Assembly (NCBI RefSeq): GCF_000283555.1
Contig: NC_016012.1
Coordinates: 900,001-932,000 of the forward strand
Length of the DNA: 32,000 nucleotides
Direction: 5' to 3'
DNA from: Candidatus Arthromitus sp. SFB-rat-Yit
Lineage (GTDB): Bacteria; Bacillota; Clostridia; Clostridiales; Clostridiaceae
Below, one piece after another: positions 20,101-29,438 of this stretch (position 1 is the first letter of the stretch; every line of letters begins with the position of its first letter). Under the pieces are notes generated by a model, which worked only from the letters and a program-made list of their open reading frames with translations, was not told the origin of the DNA and ran no database searches. Position numbers and translations under genes: made by a program.

Positions 20101-21780
20101 CTAAAATATAAAATAATATTTTTGTGGATAAATATCCGAATAATATTTAAAATTATCTTCCATATTATTCACTTCTATCTTTTTCTTATCAACATATAAA
20201 ACAACCTTCTTATTTATAAATTCCACTTTAACCCCACTTATTATAGATGAATCTTGATTATTATTAATATTTGTAAATACTTTATCAACTCCAAGCTTAT
20301 CAATTAACTGATCTATATTTTTTAAATTACCATCTAAATACAAATAACTTCTATCTTTATTTCTGATTATAACATAGTTTTTATCATAGTATTTCCCTAC
20401 TTCCACGCTAGAATTAATCATCGTAATAGTTCCAATATAAACAAATGATAATATAAGCACTAATTTATTAAAAGTTTTAAATGAAATCTTTTTCCTAAAA
20501 AAATATAGTATGTACAACATAACTATAAAAATAATCAAAATATTTATTAAGTATATACTTTCTGGGGTAAACATCTTTATTAAAATAATCCCACCATCAA
20601 TTACATCAAAAATAATCTTTATTAAATAAACAGTGATTTCCTTAAAAAGTGGTATGAAACTAAAAAATACAAATACAATACTCAAAATCACTAACAAACT
20701 ATAAAATGGAACTAAAAATATATTTGAAAGTAAAAATCCTAACTCTAACTTCCTATTAATTATTAAGTTAACAGGAATAATAAAAATTTGAGCACTAATT
20801 ATAAGTGAAATGGGTTCACTCAATAATTTAGGTAATCTATATAAATAATCTTTAATTTTACTATTAAATAATAAAATCCCAAGTGTAGATACAAAAGAAT
20901 ATATAAACCCTAATCTCAAAACTTCATATGGTCTTATAAGCAATATTAAACTACCAGCAACACACAACGCATTTATTCCATCATAATTTCTATGTACCCT
21001 AGGCGACATTTCTCTTATAAACACCATAGAAAATGCTCTTATCCCAGACACCTTAAATCCAGTAAGCACAAGATAAATAAACGTCGCTATAATAGATGGT
21101 AAAAAACTTAATATTTTTGATAAGATTCCAAAAATCAAATTAATATGAAAACCCGAAACACTTAAAATATGTACAATACCTAACTCTTTTAAATCATTTT
21201 TATACTCCTTGTCCAATGACGATGTATCGCCGAACACTAGGCTCGACAAAATATTTCCACGTTCAACTCCAAAATTATCTGTAAATAGCTCTTTTATAAT
21301 AGATTTCATCCCTATAAAAATAGAATAAAGATCTTTTTGATACGAATTAATAGTATAATCAATAATCTCTCCAACCACACCAATATCATAATAATTAGAT
21401 TTTTCTATATTTCCATTCAAATTCAAAACCATACCAATATCAACTTTGTCTATATTTTCAAAGTTTTTAATCAAATATCTTTTGGGTATTATATTTTTTG
21501 AAGAAACAACTATATCTTTTGATAATTTTTCTGATATTCTAAAATTTTTATTAGTTACAAGATTCTGATTATTAGAATAATACGATAATATGTTGAAGAA
21601 ACTAATTACACTCAATATGATTAGAGTTAATTTAAACACTTTATATATTACATTTCTAAGCAAAAATGTAATCAATAAGAGTAACACAAAACCAAATGAT
21701 ATAAAATCATCTTTCATTAGTTGAATTCCTAATAAATTAGACAATATGATCACTGTAAAACAATAAACAAAAAACTTCAT
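20101..21780 (-). CDS. ComEC/Rec2-related membrane protein lacking a recognisable C-terminal MBL domain
   Basis: 559 aa, polytopic. Competence-domain signature LGIVHILSVSGFHINLIFGIL and LVLTGFKVSGIRAFSM. Located next to holA. Confidence 0.85.
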   Translation of the reverse strand: MKFFVYCFTVIILSNLLGIQLMKDDFISFGFVLLLLITFLLRNVIYKVFKLTLIILSVISFFNILSYYSNNQNLVTNKNFRISEKLSKDIVVSSKNIIPKRYLIKNFENIDKVDIGMVLNLNGNIEKSNYYDIGVVGEIIDYTINSYQKDLYSIFIGMKSIIKELFTDNFGVERGNILSSLVFGDTSSLDKEYKNDLKELGIVHILSVSGFHINLIFGILSKILSFLPSIIATFIYLVLTGFKVSGIRAFSMVFIREMSPRVHRNYDGINALCVAGSLILLIRPYEVLRLGFIYSFVSTLGILLFNSKIKDYLYRLPKLLSEPISLIISAQIFIIPVNLIINRKLELGFLLSNIFLVPFYSLLVILSIVFVFFSFIPLFKEITVYLIKIIFDVIDGGIILIKMFTPESIYLINILIIFIVMLYILYFFRKKISFKTFNKLVLILSFVYIGTITMINSSVEVGKYYDKNYVIIRNKDRSYLYLDGNLKNIDQLIDKLGVDKVFTNINNNQDSSIISGVKVEFINKKVVLYVDKKKIEVNNMEDNFKYYSDIYPQKYYFIF

Positions 21781-21847
21781 AAGCCAAATGTCCTTCTAAT
21801 ATTTGTTATAATAATTTCAAATTTTCAAGATATTTATTCAAAAAAAT

Positions 21848-21876
21848 AAACCTCCAGAAAATAATTCCAAAGGTTT
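21848..21876 (-). terminator. Probable intrinsic terminator downstream of spoVAE
   Basis: AAACCT (21848-21853) pairs with AGGTTT (21871-21876). Minus-strand transcript continues into ATTTTTTT. Confidence 0.5.
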
Positions 21877-21881
21877 TATTA

Positions 21882-22244
21882 TTATTTTAAAGACTTAGTT
21901 TTAGCCGTAAATATAAAAGAGAATATAAAAGATATAAAAATAGCAAATGTTATTCCAGCAGATACCCCACTAAGTCCTCCCGTTATCACACCAAAAAGTC
22001 CACTCTCTTTAACTTTTTCAATAACAGAACTTCCCAAGCTATACCCAAATCCTATTATAGGTATGCAAGCTCCACCAGATGCTTTCTTTATCAAAAAATC
22101 ATATCCAGGAAATAGTGATAAAACATTACCAAGACAAACCATAAAAACCAAAATATATGCAGGTAATATTTTAAACTTATCCATAAAAATCTGACTAATA
22201 CCACATATAATTCCTCCAAGCAAAAAACTCCATAGATAATTCAT
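21882..22244 (-). CDS. spoVAE: Stage V sporulation protein AE
   Basis: 120 aa membrane protein (PGYDFLIKKASGGACIPIIGFGYSL), downstream of spoVAD. Confidence 0.92.
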   Translation of the reverse strand: MNYLWSFLLGGIICGISQIFMDKFKILPAYILVFMVCLGNVLSLFPGYDFLIKKASGGACIPIIGFGYSLGSSVIEKVKESGLFGVITGGLSGVSAGITFAIFISFIFSFIFTAKTKSLK

Positions 22245-22251
22245 AAACGCA

Positions 22252-23277
22252 TCACCCCCTATTATTAAACTCTATAGCAACAGCATGTGCTATTCCTGGA
22301 ACACTCTCACCTTGAAATGAGGTTGTTGGACTCATTAATGCTCCTGTAGAAATTATAAGTATCTTGGTAATTTTACCTTCCAATAATTTTTTATAAAAAT
22401 ATCCTGTAAAAACTGAAGCGGAGCATCCACATCCACTCCCTCCTGAACAAGTATCTTGTCTTCCATTATCATAGATACTTTCACCACAATCTACATACAC
22501 TTTCGAAACATCGTACCCTAACTCTTTAAGCATAGTTTCTGTTACTTGTCTTCCAAATTTGCCTAAATCACCTGTCGCAATACAATCATAATAACTTGGA
22601 TCTCTTCCTGTATCTTGAAAATGTTTATAAATTGTATCTACTGCTGATGGAGCCATAGCAGCCCCCATATTATTTACATCCTTAACTCCATAATCTTTAA
22701 CTTTACCCGTCGTTATGTGTGTAATCTCTGGATAATTACCTTCTCTTCCAAGAAGAACTGTTCCTGCTCCTGTAACAGTCCACTGCGAAGTTATCGCTCT
22801 TTGACTCCCATACTCTAGAGGAAATCTAAACTGCCTCTCTGCAGAACTGAAATGAGATGATGCTCCAGTTACAACATAATTAGCAAATCCTCCATCAATA
22901 AACATCGCACCCAATCCTAATGATAAAGAAAATGTAGAACAAGCACCATACAAACCTATAAACGGTATTTTTATTTCACGAGCTGCAAAATTCGAAGATG
23001 TTATTTGATTCTGCAAATCTCCACATAACAAATAATCGATATCATCTTCAGTAAGATTCCCTTTTCTTATACTTTCACTAATTGAAGTATATAAAATACT
23101 CGACTCTGCCTTTTCATAAGTTTCCTTACCGTTTTTATCATCTTTAAGAGTAATATCAAAATAAGATCCAAGTGGACCTTCACCCTCTTTAGGTCCTACA
23201 ACACTAGTCGCAGATATGATTTTAGGTCTATTTTTTAATTCAACCGTCTGAGTTCCAACTCGTTTATTATCATACAT
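22252..23277 (-). CDS. spoVAD: Stage V sporulation protein AD
   Basis: Thiolase-like fold sequence with GLYGACSTFSLSLGLGAMFIDGG, DCGESIYDNGRQDTCSGGSGCGCSASVF. Confidence 0.95.
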   Translation of the reverse strand: MYDNKRVGTQTVELKNRPKIISATSVVGPKEGEGPLGSYFDITLKDDKNGKETYEKAESSILYTSISESIRKGNLTEDDIDYLLCGDLQNQITSSNFAAREIKIPFIGLYGACSTFSLSLGLGAMFIDGGFANYVVTGASSHFSSAERQFRFPLEYGSQRAITSQWTVTGAGTVLLGREGNYPEITHITTGKVKDYGVKDVNNMGAAMAPSAVDTIYKHFQDTGRDPSYYDCIATGDLGKFGRQVTETMLKELGYDVSKVYVDCGESIYDNGRQDTCSGGSGCGCSASVFTGYFYKKLLEGKITKILIISTGALMSPTTSFQGESVPGIAHAVAIEFNNRG

Positions 23278-23291
23278 AACTTATCTATCAC

Positions 23292-23789
23292 CTATCCTAC
23301 AAATTTACTAAAAATAAAATATCCAATTCCAACTAAAACAGATGAAGTAACACCAAAAGCTATTACGGATCCAGCTATTGTGAACATCTTTACACACGTT
23401 CCAAATACAACTCCCTCTTTTTTAAATTCTATCGCTGGAGAAGTCACAGCATTAGCAAATCCAGTTATTGGCACTATACTTCCTGCCCCTGCAATATTCG
23501 CAATTTTATCGTATATACCAATTCCCGTTAAAAATGATCCTATAAATATCATTGTTATAGATCCCAAAGCTCTTACCTGAAGCTCATCAAATATATAATT
23601 AGCATAGAATTTAAATAAAAGTTCTCCAATTACACAAAATATCCCACCAATAATAAATGACATAACAAATCTTTTAATGTAATTTGGCTTCGGTTCATAA
23701 TTTTTGGAATAATCCTCAAATGTCTTTCTTAACCTCTTTTCATCAAAACTCAATCCTTTTATCCTCCGAATATACATGATATTTTTCAC
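23292..23789 (-). CDS. spoVAC: Stage V sporulation protein AC
   Basis: Membrane protein (GSITMIFIGSFLTGIGIYDKIANIAGAGSIVPITGFANAVTSPAIEFKKEG). Likely true start is TTG at 23753, preceded by GGAGG; the GTG at 23789 has no RBS. Confidence 0.93.
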   Translation of the reverse strand: MKNIMYIRRIKGLSFDEKRLRKTFEDYSKNYEPKPNYIKRFVMSFIIGGIFCVIGELLFKFYANYIFDELQVRALGSITMIFIGSFLTGIGIYDKIANIAGAGSIVPITGFANAVTSPAIEFKKEGVVFGTCVKMFTIAGSVIAFGVTSSVLVGIGYFIFSKFVG

Positions 23790-23938
23790 AAATATATTAT
23801 AGGTATATTAAAGTATTTTATACTTTACTTTTTTTCCCAACGATTTAATTAATAAAAGGTTTCAAAAATTAATTTTTATTGAATTATGTTTAAATTTATA
23901 TTATTATATATACAATTAGTTAATTTTCTAATTGTGAG

Positions 23939-24985
23939 GTGCCTATGTCAAAGTATTTTAATTTTACAAATGATAAAAGTTTGGATTTCGAGCGTAATGA
24001 ATTCAAAAATAATTCATTAATTGAAATTGATTATTTAAATAAACGTCTTTCTTTCTTAGAAAGAGTAATTCAAGACAAGTATTCTGATATCATATCTCTT
24101 GCATCCGAAATTTGTAATGTTCAGAATATGAACTTAAAATATGATTTGATTGACATATTAATAAAACATGGTTATAACTTATCTAATTACAAATCTGAAA
24201 GAAATGACATTAGAGATATACTAATAAACGCTAATAAAAATAAACAAACCAAATCCGAAAATAATGTTTCTGTAGGAACAGATATGGAAATTATAATTAA
24301 TGACATTGACGACAAAGAACCTCATAATTCTGATAGCGATACAAACAAAATAGTTTCAAAAAATGAATCAAAAGTTATAATAGAAGTCACCGATCAAAAT
24401 AAAGACTCTAAATCTCAGGATATCAAAGATATTGGACAAGCTGATTTAAAAGCAAAAGAAATTGAAACAACTCAAAAAAGTAAATCAGATACTGCTCGTG
24501 AAAAAATTTTAAATAATCTTAATAGACTGATTTCATATAAGGAAAATACATTTAATGATTTAATAGAAATGGTTGACTTTAATACAAGTTCTAATGCAAA
24601 CAAATCAAATTTAAGTAAATTTATTGAATGTTTAGAAAGCCAGATAGTTGAGCTTAATCAATATAAAGATAATATTTTAAAAAATTACTCTCTAAGTAAG
24701 GCAATTGAACTCGGATCAAATGGCAAAATTACTTTTTCAAGAGTGTTTATTGAAAAAGAACGTTTAATTGATAAAAATAAAGATGAATATATAAAAATTG
24801 TTAACGAAATGTATGAACTATATTCTGAGTTTGTTGATACTTATCTAAATAATATTAGTTCAATGAAACCTTACCTTGATCATGAAAAAATTACATCAAT
24901 ACAAAATAATTGTGCAAAAGTTATATATGATCTAAAGTTGATAAGAACACTTTATTCTTCTTTGGATAAAATAAAGAGTGTATAG
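23939..24985 (+). CDS. Orphan hypothetical protein, helical/charged, 348 aa
   Basis: Long intact ORF with TGAGG RBS ahead of ATG 23945 (MSKYFNF). N-terminal and C-terminal helical parts flank a charged low-complexity middle. Divergent from spoVAC and convergent with flbD. Confidence 0.8.
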   Translation: MPMSKYFNFTNDKSLDFERNEFKNNSLIEIDYLNKRLSFLERVIQDKYSDIISLASEICNVQNMNLKYDLIDILIKHGYNLSNYKSERNDIRDILINANKNKQTKSENNVSVGTDMEIIINDIDDKEPHNSDSDTNKIVSKNESKVIIEVTDQNKDSKSQDIKDIGQADLKAKEIETTQKSKSDTAREKILNNLNRLISYKENTFNDLIEMVDFNTSSNANKSNLSKFIECLESQIVELNQYKDNILKNYSLSKAIELGSNGKITFSRVFIEKERLIDKNKDEYIKIVNEMYELYSEFVDTYLNNISSMKPYLDHEKITSIQNNCAKVIYDLKLIRTLYSSLDKIKSV

Positions 24986-25007
24986 AACCTAGTTCTCTAC
25001 ACTCTTT
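24973..25007 (+). terminator. Bidirectional terminator hairpin overlapping the 3' ends of both convergent genes
   Basis: AAAGAGTGTA (24973-24982) pairs with TACACTCTTT (24998-25007), with a further GAAC/GTTC inner pairing and T-tract on the + side. Confidence 0.8.
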
Positions 25008-25195
25008 TTATATTGATAATGTATTTTTCGATTAAACTCTATAATTCTTCTTATAACTTCATCAATACTTTCCTTAACTATATACGTTTTTCCATTTAGT
25101 AAAATTATTGCCGTTTCTGGTATAAGTTCTATTCTTTCAATTTCATTTGAATTTAAATAAAACACAACATCATTTGTTCTTGTAAGCTGAATCAT
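24989..25195 (-). CDS. flbD: Flagellar FlbD family protein
   Basis: 68 aa. MIQLTRTNDVVFYLNSNEIERIELIPETAIILLNGKTYIVKESIDEVIRRI. Confidence 0.9.
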   Translation of the reverse strand: MIQLTRTNDVVFYLNSNEIERIELIPETAIILLNGKTYIVKESIDEVIRRIIEFNRKIHYQYKKSVEN

Positions 25196-25239
25196 ATTTG
25201 ACCTCCTTGACCTTCTCTTAAATACAAGTTTTGCAAATT

Positions 25240-26220
25240 TTAATTTATATATTCCTCACCATCAACTCTCACAACTCTATTAAGTGTTACTGTTTCTATT
25301 TCATTAGTCGTGTTTATTTTCACTCTGAGTTTAATCTCATGATTCTCAATTACAATTCCCTCAACTCTTCCTGTCATAGTTTCATATAAATTTCCATTAC
25401 TTTCATATGTTACAACTTCACCATTCGCTTTCCTTCCTTCTCTAATGTCCTGTTCCAATATAGATTCCAATTCATCTTGAGCTTCTATTTCATCTGTCAT
25501 GCCACCATCTATTGTTATGTCATCTTCATAATCTTCATCGATATTTGAATATATAAATTCTACTTCTTTATTTATCATGGATGAACCAACAAGCACAGCT
25601 ATATTATTATTTATATAATCAAGTCTGTTATCTTGTACCCCAATAACATTCATAATATCATCTCTTTCAAAATCTCCAATTACAAATTCCCCTTTTTCAT
25701 TCATGTACTCAACATTAACAATTATTTTTGATCCATTTTGAGCAACACCTCGCACAACACCAGTAATTGCATTTCCATTATTGTCGTAAGAATTAAGCAT
25801 AACTCCCTGTCCCAATAACGATCTAGCCGAATATTCATTCATTGTAGTGTTTAAATTAGACATTTGTTCCATAGCTGCAAACTGTGCAAATTGTGATACA
25901 TATTCAGTACCATCTTGCGGTTGTGTTGGGTCTTGGTTGGACATCTGGGTTGCCAATATTTTTAAAAATGCATCCTTATTCATATCTTCTCCAGGCTGAA
26001 TAATTTTTGTTCCTTTTTCTGTATATTGCCCATTATAAACATTTCCTGATCTTGAAAATGCTGAGTTGTCCACTTCATTTTCACTATTTTTACTTGCTTC
26101 AGTTTTTTTCTGAATCTCCTCAACCAAATCATTAAATGAACCATCAGAATTACTTGAATTACCTATATTTATAGATTTATTTTTATTAATTGGTGTTATT
26201 TTAATATTGTTATTTATCAT
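25240..26220 (-). CDS. flgD: Flagellar hook assembly (capping) protein FlgD
   Basis: MNKDAFLKILATQMSNQDPTQPQDGTEYVSQFAQFAAMEQMSNL is the FlgD N-terminal signature. Confidence 0.93.
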   Translation of the reverse strand: MINNNIKITPINKNKSINIGNSSNSDGSFNDLVEEIQKKTEASKNSENEVDNSAFSRSGNVYNGQYTEKGTKIIQPGEDMNKDAFLKILATQMSNQDPTQPQDGTEYVSQFAQFAAMEQMSNLNTTMNEYSARSLLGQGVMLNSYDNNGNAITGVVRGVAQNGSKIIVNVEYMNEKGEFVIGDFERDDIMNVIGVQDNRLDYINNNIAVLVGSSMINKEVEFIYSNIDEDYEDDITIDGGMTDEIEAQDELESILEQDIREGRKANGEVVTYESNGNLYETMTGRVEGIVIENHEIKLRVKINTTNEIETVTLNRVVRVDGEEYIN

Positions 26221-26236
26221 ACTTACTTACCTCAAT

Positions 26237-27667
26237 TTAAACTAAAATTCCATCTCTTAAATTATTTCTATCATCATTGTCATTACCTTCATTATCTATC
26301 TCTATTGTTGGAGATTTTAAATTTTTAAAATCAACATTTTCATTATTTCGCTTGTTATTTCCACCACCATCATTTGCATTAAATGAAAATTCTTGGAGAT
26401 CAACTTGTATATTTTCCAAATTTATATTATGTGTTTCCTTTATCATATTTCGTATATCAGTTATTGTTGATTCCATAACCTTGAATGCATCTTTATTTTC
26501 AACTCTTATCATAAGTCTAACATTATCCTTAACTACTTCATACTTTACATCCATTCTCCCTAAATGATCTGGATTAAGTTTAACAACCATTTGATTTTTA
26601 TTATTTGATGCCATATATTCTATATTTTCAATAAATTCTTTAACAATATTTTGATGGTTTGAAGTATCTAATATTTTATTGAATTTTACATTTACATTCT
26701 CTTCAGTATTATTTCTAAATGCATTAACAAAATAATTTTCAATATTTTTATTAATTTGTGCTTCCCCAGAAATTTCCTTTAATATGTGTTCATCACTATT
26801 ACTCTTATCATCAATTCTAACCATATCACTTATACTTTTAAAATTATGGAGTACTTTATAATCTGAATCATCAGTTTTATTAACCGAAACTTCATTATTT
26901 AATTTTGTATTAAGCTTAATACTAATTTCATTTTCTATATTTCTTATTAGTTCCTTATCGTTTAATAAAAATCCCTCAAAATTAATTTCATCTAAAAATT
27001 TAACATCTGAATTATTTTCCCCTATCTTATCAAATTCATTCCTTACTAAATTTTTAAAGCCATCAACATTATCCATTACCTTTTGTATAATTTCCCCATT
27101 TGAAATATCTTTTGAATTAATCTTTTTCAAATCAAATCCCATTTCAATTAAAACATTCTGTATACTTTCATTGTCAAAACTTGAAATTTGTATTTTTTCT
27201 ATTTCGTTAAACTCTGGTTTTGATACGTTTTCAAATACATTCATCTTATTTAAAGAATCACTATAAAGTTGTTTTGTATTATCAAATTCAATATCTTTAA
27301 CTTCTTTCAAATCTCCAATAGTGAAATTATCATTAAACTCAAAGAAATTACTTTGAGTATCAATTTTTTCTGATCCCAAAACGTTTAATATACTTAAAAT
27401 AACTTGTAATAATTGTTTATCATCCTCATTTAAAGTATCATACAAAGTTTCATCAAAAACTTTCTCTTCTATTTTATGTTTACTATTTAGTTGATTCTCA
27501 CCTTGTAAACTTAGAGATTCATCAAGAGAATTTTTAAAACTACTCACACTTAAATCACTTTTAATATTTTTGTTATTTTGTTTAACTTCATCTTTTTTAG
27601 ATACTCCATAATTCAAATTATCTATCTTCAAACTCATACTCTCCCCTCTCCTTCTCATCTTTTTCAT
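26237..27667 (-). CDS. fliK: Flagellar hook-length control protein FliK (putative)
   Basis: C-terminal MVVKLNPDHLGRMDVKYEVVKDNVRLMIRVENKDAFKVMESTITDIRNMI matches the Flg_hook/FliK C-domain pattern. Position is between fliJ and flgD. Likely start ATG at 27637. Confidence 0.85.
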   Translation of the reverse strand: MKKMRRRGESMSLKIDNLNYGVSKKDEVKQNNKNIKSDLSVSSFKNSLDESLSLQGENQLNSKHKIEEKVFDETLYDTLNEDDKQLLQVILSILNVLGSEKIDTQSNFFEFNDNFTIGDLKEVKDIEFDNTKQLYSDSLNKMNVFENVSKPEFNEIEKIQISSFDNESIQNVLIEMGFDLKKINSKDISNGEIIQKVMDNVDGFKNLVRNEFDKIGENNSDVKFLDEINFEGFLLNDKELIRNIENEISIKLNTKLNNEVSVNKTDDSDYKVLHNFKSISDMVRIDDKSNSDEHILKEISGEAQINKNIENYFVNAFRNNTEENVNVKFNKILDTSNHQNIVKEFIENIEYMASNNKNQMVVKLNPDHLGRMDVKYEVVKDNVRLMIRVENKDAFKVMESTITDIRNMIKETHNINLENIQVDLQEFSFNANDGGGNNKRNNENVDFKNLKSPTIEIDNEGNDNDDRNNLRDGILV

Positions 27668-28118
27668 CGTAATCTTCTGGTTTGTGTAAATCCTTGTAAT
27701 ACATATTCAAAGACAATTCATCTAAAAAATCTTGCTCTTCCTTATCTTGTGCATGCAAAAATTCTTTATATTCTTTATCTTTAAGTTTATCTAAAACAGT
27801 TCTATTTTGCTTCTTTTTCTTATAATCTTCAAATCTATAATCATACTCTTTACTCATTTTTTCCTTTTGTTTTTTATTATAAAGGATTGAATTTTCTAAG
27901 AAATATGCATAATTATTTTTTATAATTTCATCAACACGAGTTGTACAAGTTGAAAAAGAATTCTTTTTATACAACTCATTTAAAGTTTCAATGTTATCAT
28001 TAATAACCCTTATTCTAGCACTGATATCTGTAAATTTTTGAGATGCCTCTTTTTCAAGCCCAAGCCGCATATTCAATAATTTATTGAGCGAATACTTAAA
28101 CCTTTTCATAACAATCAC
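27618..28118 (-). CDS. fliJ: Flagellar export protein FliJ
   Basis: 166-aa coiled coil. MKRFKYSLNKLLNMRLGLEKEASQKF; located immediately after fliI. Confidence 0.85.
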   Translation of the reverse strand: MIVMKRFKYSLNKLLNMRLGLEKEASQKFTDISARIRVINDNIETLNELYKKNSFSTCTTRVDEIIKNNYAYFLENSILYNKKQKEKMSKEYDYRFEDYKKKKQNRTVLDKLKDKEYKEFLHAQDKEEQDFLDELSLNMYYKDLHKPEDYDEKDEKERGEYEFEDR

Positions 28119-28122
28119 TACC

Positions 28123-29436
28123 TTAAATCAAATTATTAAATATTCCTTTTAGTATAGTTAAATTTTGTTCATAACTAGTAAATTCCATTGTTTTTTGCCT
28201 CAAATATTCATTTATTTGATTAATATATTGAATAGCCTTATCTATATCTGGATTACTCCCATGAACATATGCTCCAATGTTTATCAAATCTTCAGCATCT
28301 TGATATACTGCAAGTAAATTTCTAACCGTTCCTGCTAACTCCTTATGTTCATCAGAAACTATTTTAGACATAAGCCTACTAACACTCTTTAAAACATCAA
28401 TAGCTGGATAATGATTTTTCTGTGCTAAAGCTCTAGATAATACAATATGTCCATCCAATATTCCTCTCACAGTATCTGCTATTGGATCATTCATATCATC
28501 ACCATCAACAAGCACTGTATAAAATGCTGTTATAGCCCCATTTTGGGAAGGTCCTGTCCTTTCCAAAAGCTTTGGTAAAAGTGCAAAAACTGATGGAGTA
28601 TAACCTTTTGTTGCTGGTGGTTCCCCAATAGCAAGACCAACCTCTCTCTGTGCCATAGCAAATCTCGTTACAGAATCCATCATTAAAATTACATTCTTAC
28701 CTTGTTCTCTAAAATATTCTGCTATTGCTGTTGTAACAAGAGATGCCTTAAATCTTATAAGTGCAGGTTCATCTGATGTTGCACAAACTACAACGGATTT
28801 TTTAAGTCCTTCCTCACCCAAATCATGATGTATAAATTCCTTAAGCTCACGCCCTCTCTCGCCAATAAGTCCAATCACATTAACATCTGCAGACGCATTT
28901 CTTGCAAGCATTCCCATTAAAGTACTTTTACCAACTCCGGAACCTGCAAATATTCCAACTCTCTGACCAACGCCACAAGTAAGAGTTCCATCAATTACTC
29001 TTACACCTGTTTGCATTATTTCTGTGATTTCTTTTCTTTTCATAGCAATTGGCGGCTTATTATCTACAGTAAATTCTGTATAATTTTCTGGTGGATTACC
29101 TATTTGAACTCTTCCAAGCCCATCCAAAACACAACCTAACAATTCATCTGAAATTTTAACAGATAATAATTTTTTAGTCGCAATAACCTTACTGCCAGTA
29201 GATATACCACGCACATCCCCAAATGGCATTAATATACTTCTTTCTTGATTAATTCCAACAACCTCACACTCTATCTCTTCTCCGTACTCATTATATATGT
29301 AACAAATTTCTCCAATGAATGGAATTATACCTTCAGCCTCTATAGTCAATCCAACTAAACGTTTAACTCTTCCTTCTTCATAAATTGGCTCAACTTTTTC
29401 AAGAGAATTCTTCATTTTCCTAAAATCTATAAACAT
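28123..29436 (-). CDS. fliI: Flagellum-specific ATP synthase FliI
   Basis: Walker A GIFAGSGVGKSTLMGMLARN, VIGLIGERGRELKEF, DSVTRFAMAQREVGLAIGEPPATKGYTPSVFALLPKLLER. Confidence 0.98.
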   Translation of the reverse strand: MFIDFRKMKNSLEKVEPIYEEGRVKRLVGLTIEAEGIIPFIGEICYIYNEYGEEIECEVVGINQERSILMPFGDVRGISTGSKVIATKKLLSVKISDELLGCVLDGLGRVQIGNPPENYTEFTVDNKPPIAMKRKEITEIMQTGVRVIDGTLTCGVGQRVGIFAGSGVGKSTLMGMLARNASADVNVIGLIGERGRELKEFIHHDLGEEGLKKSVVVCATSDEPALIRFKASLVTTAIAEYFREQGKNVILMMDSVTRFAMAQREVGLAIGEPPATKGYTPSVFALLPKLLERTGPSQNGAITAFYTVLVDGDDMNDPIADTVRGILDGHIVLSRALAQKNHYPAIDVLKSVSRLMSKIVSDEHKELAGTVRNLLAVYQDAEDLINIGAYVHGSNPDIDKAIQYINQINEYLRQKTMEFTSYEQNLTILKGIFNNLI

Positions 29437-29438
29437 AT

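Noticed and set aside
23754-23850. Possible SigG promoter (GTATA ... TATAATA) upstream of spoVAC
   Set aside because: Biologically expected, but the match is weak and such words are frequent in AT-rich intergenic DNA, so it was not listed as a feature.
26277-27784. + strand ORFs over fliK/fliJ (26277-26567, 27578-27784)
   Set aside because: Antisense to flagellar genes and no independent coding evidence.
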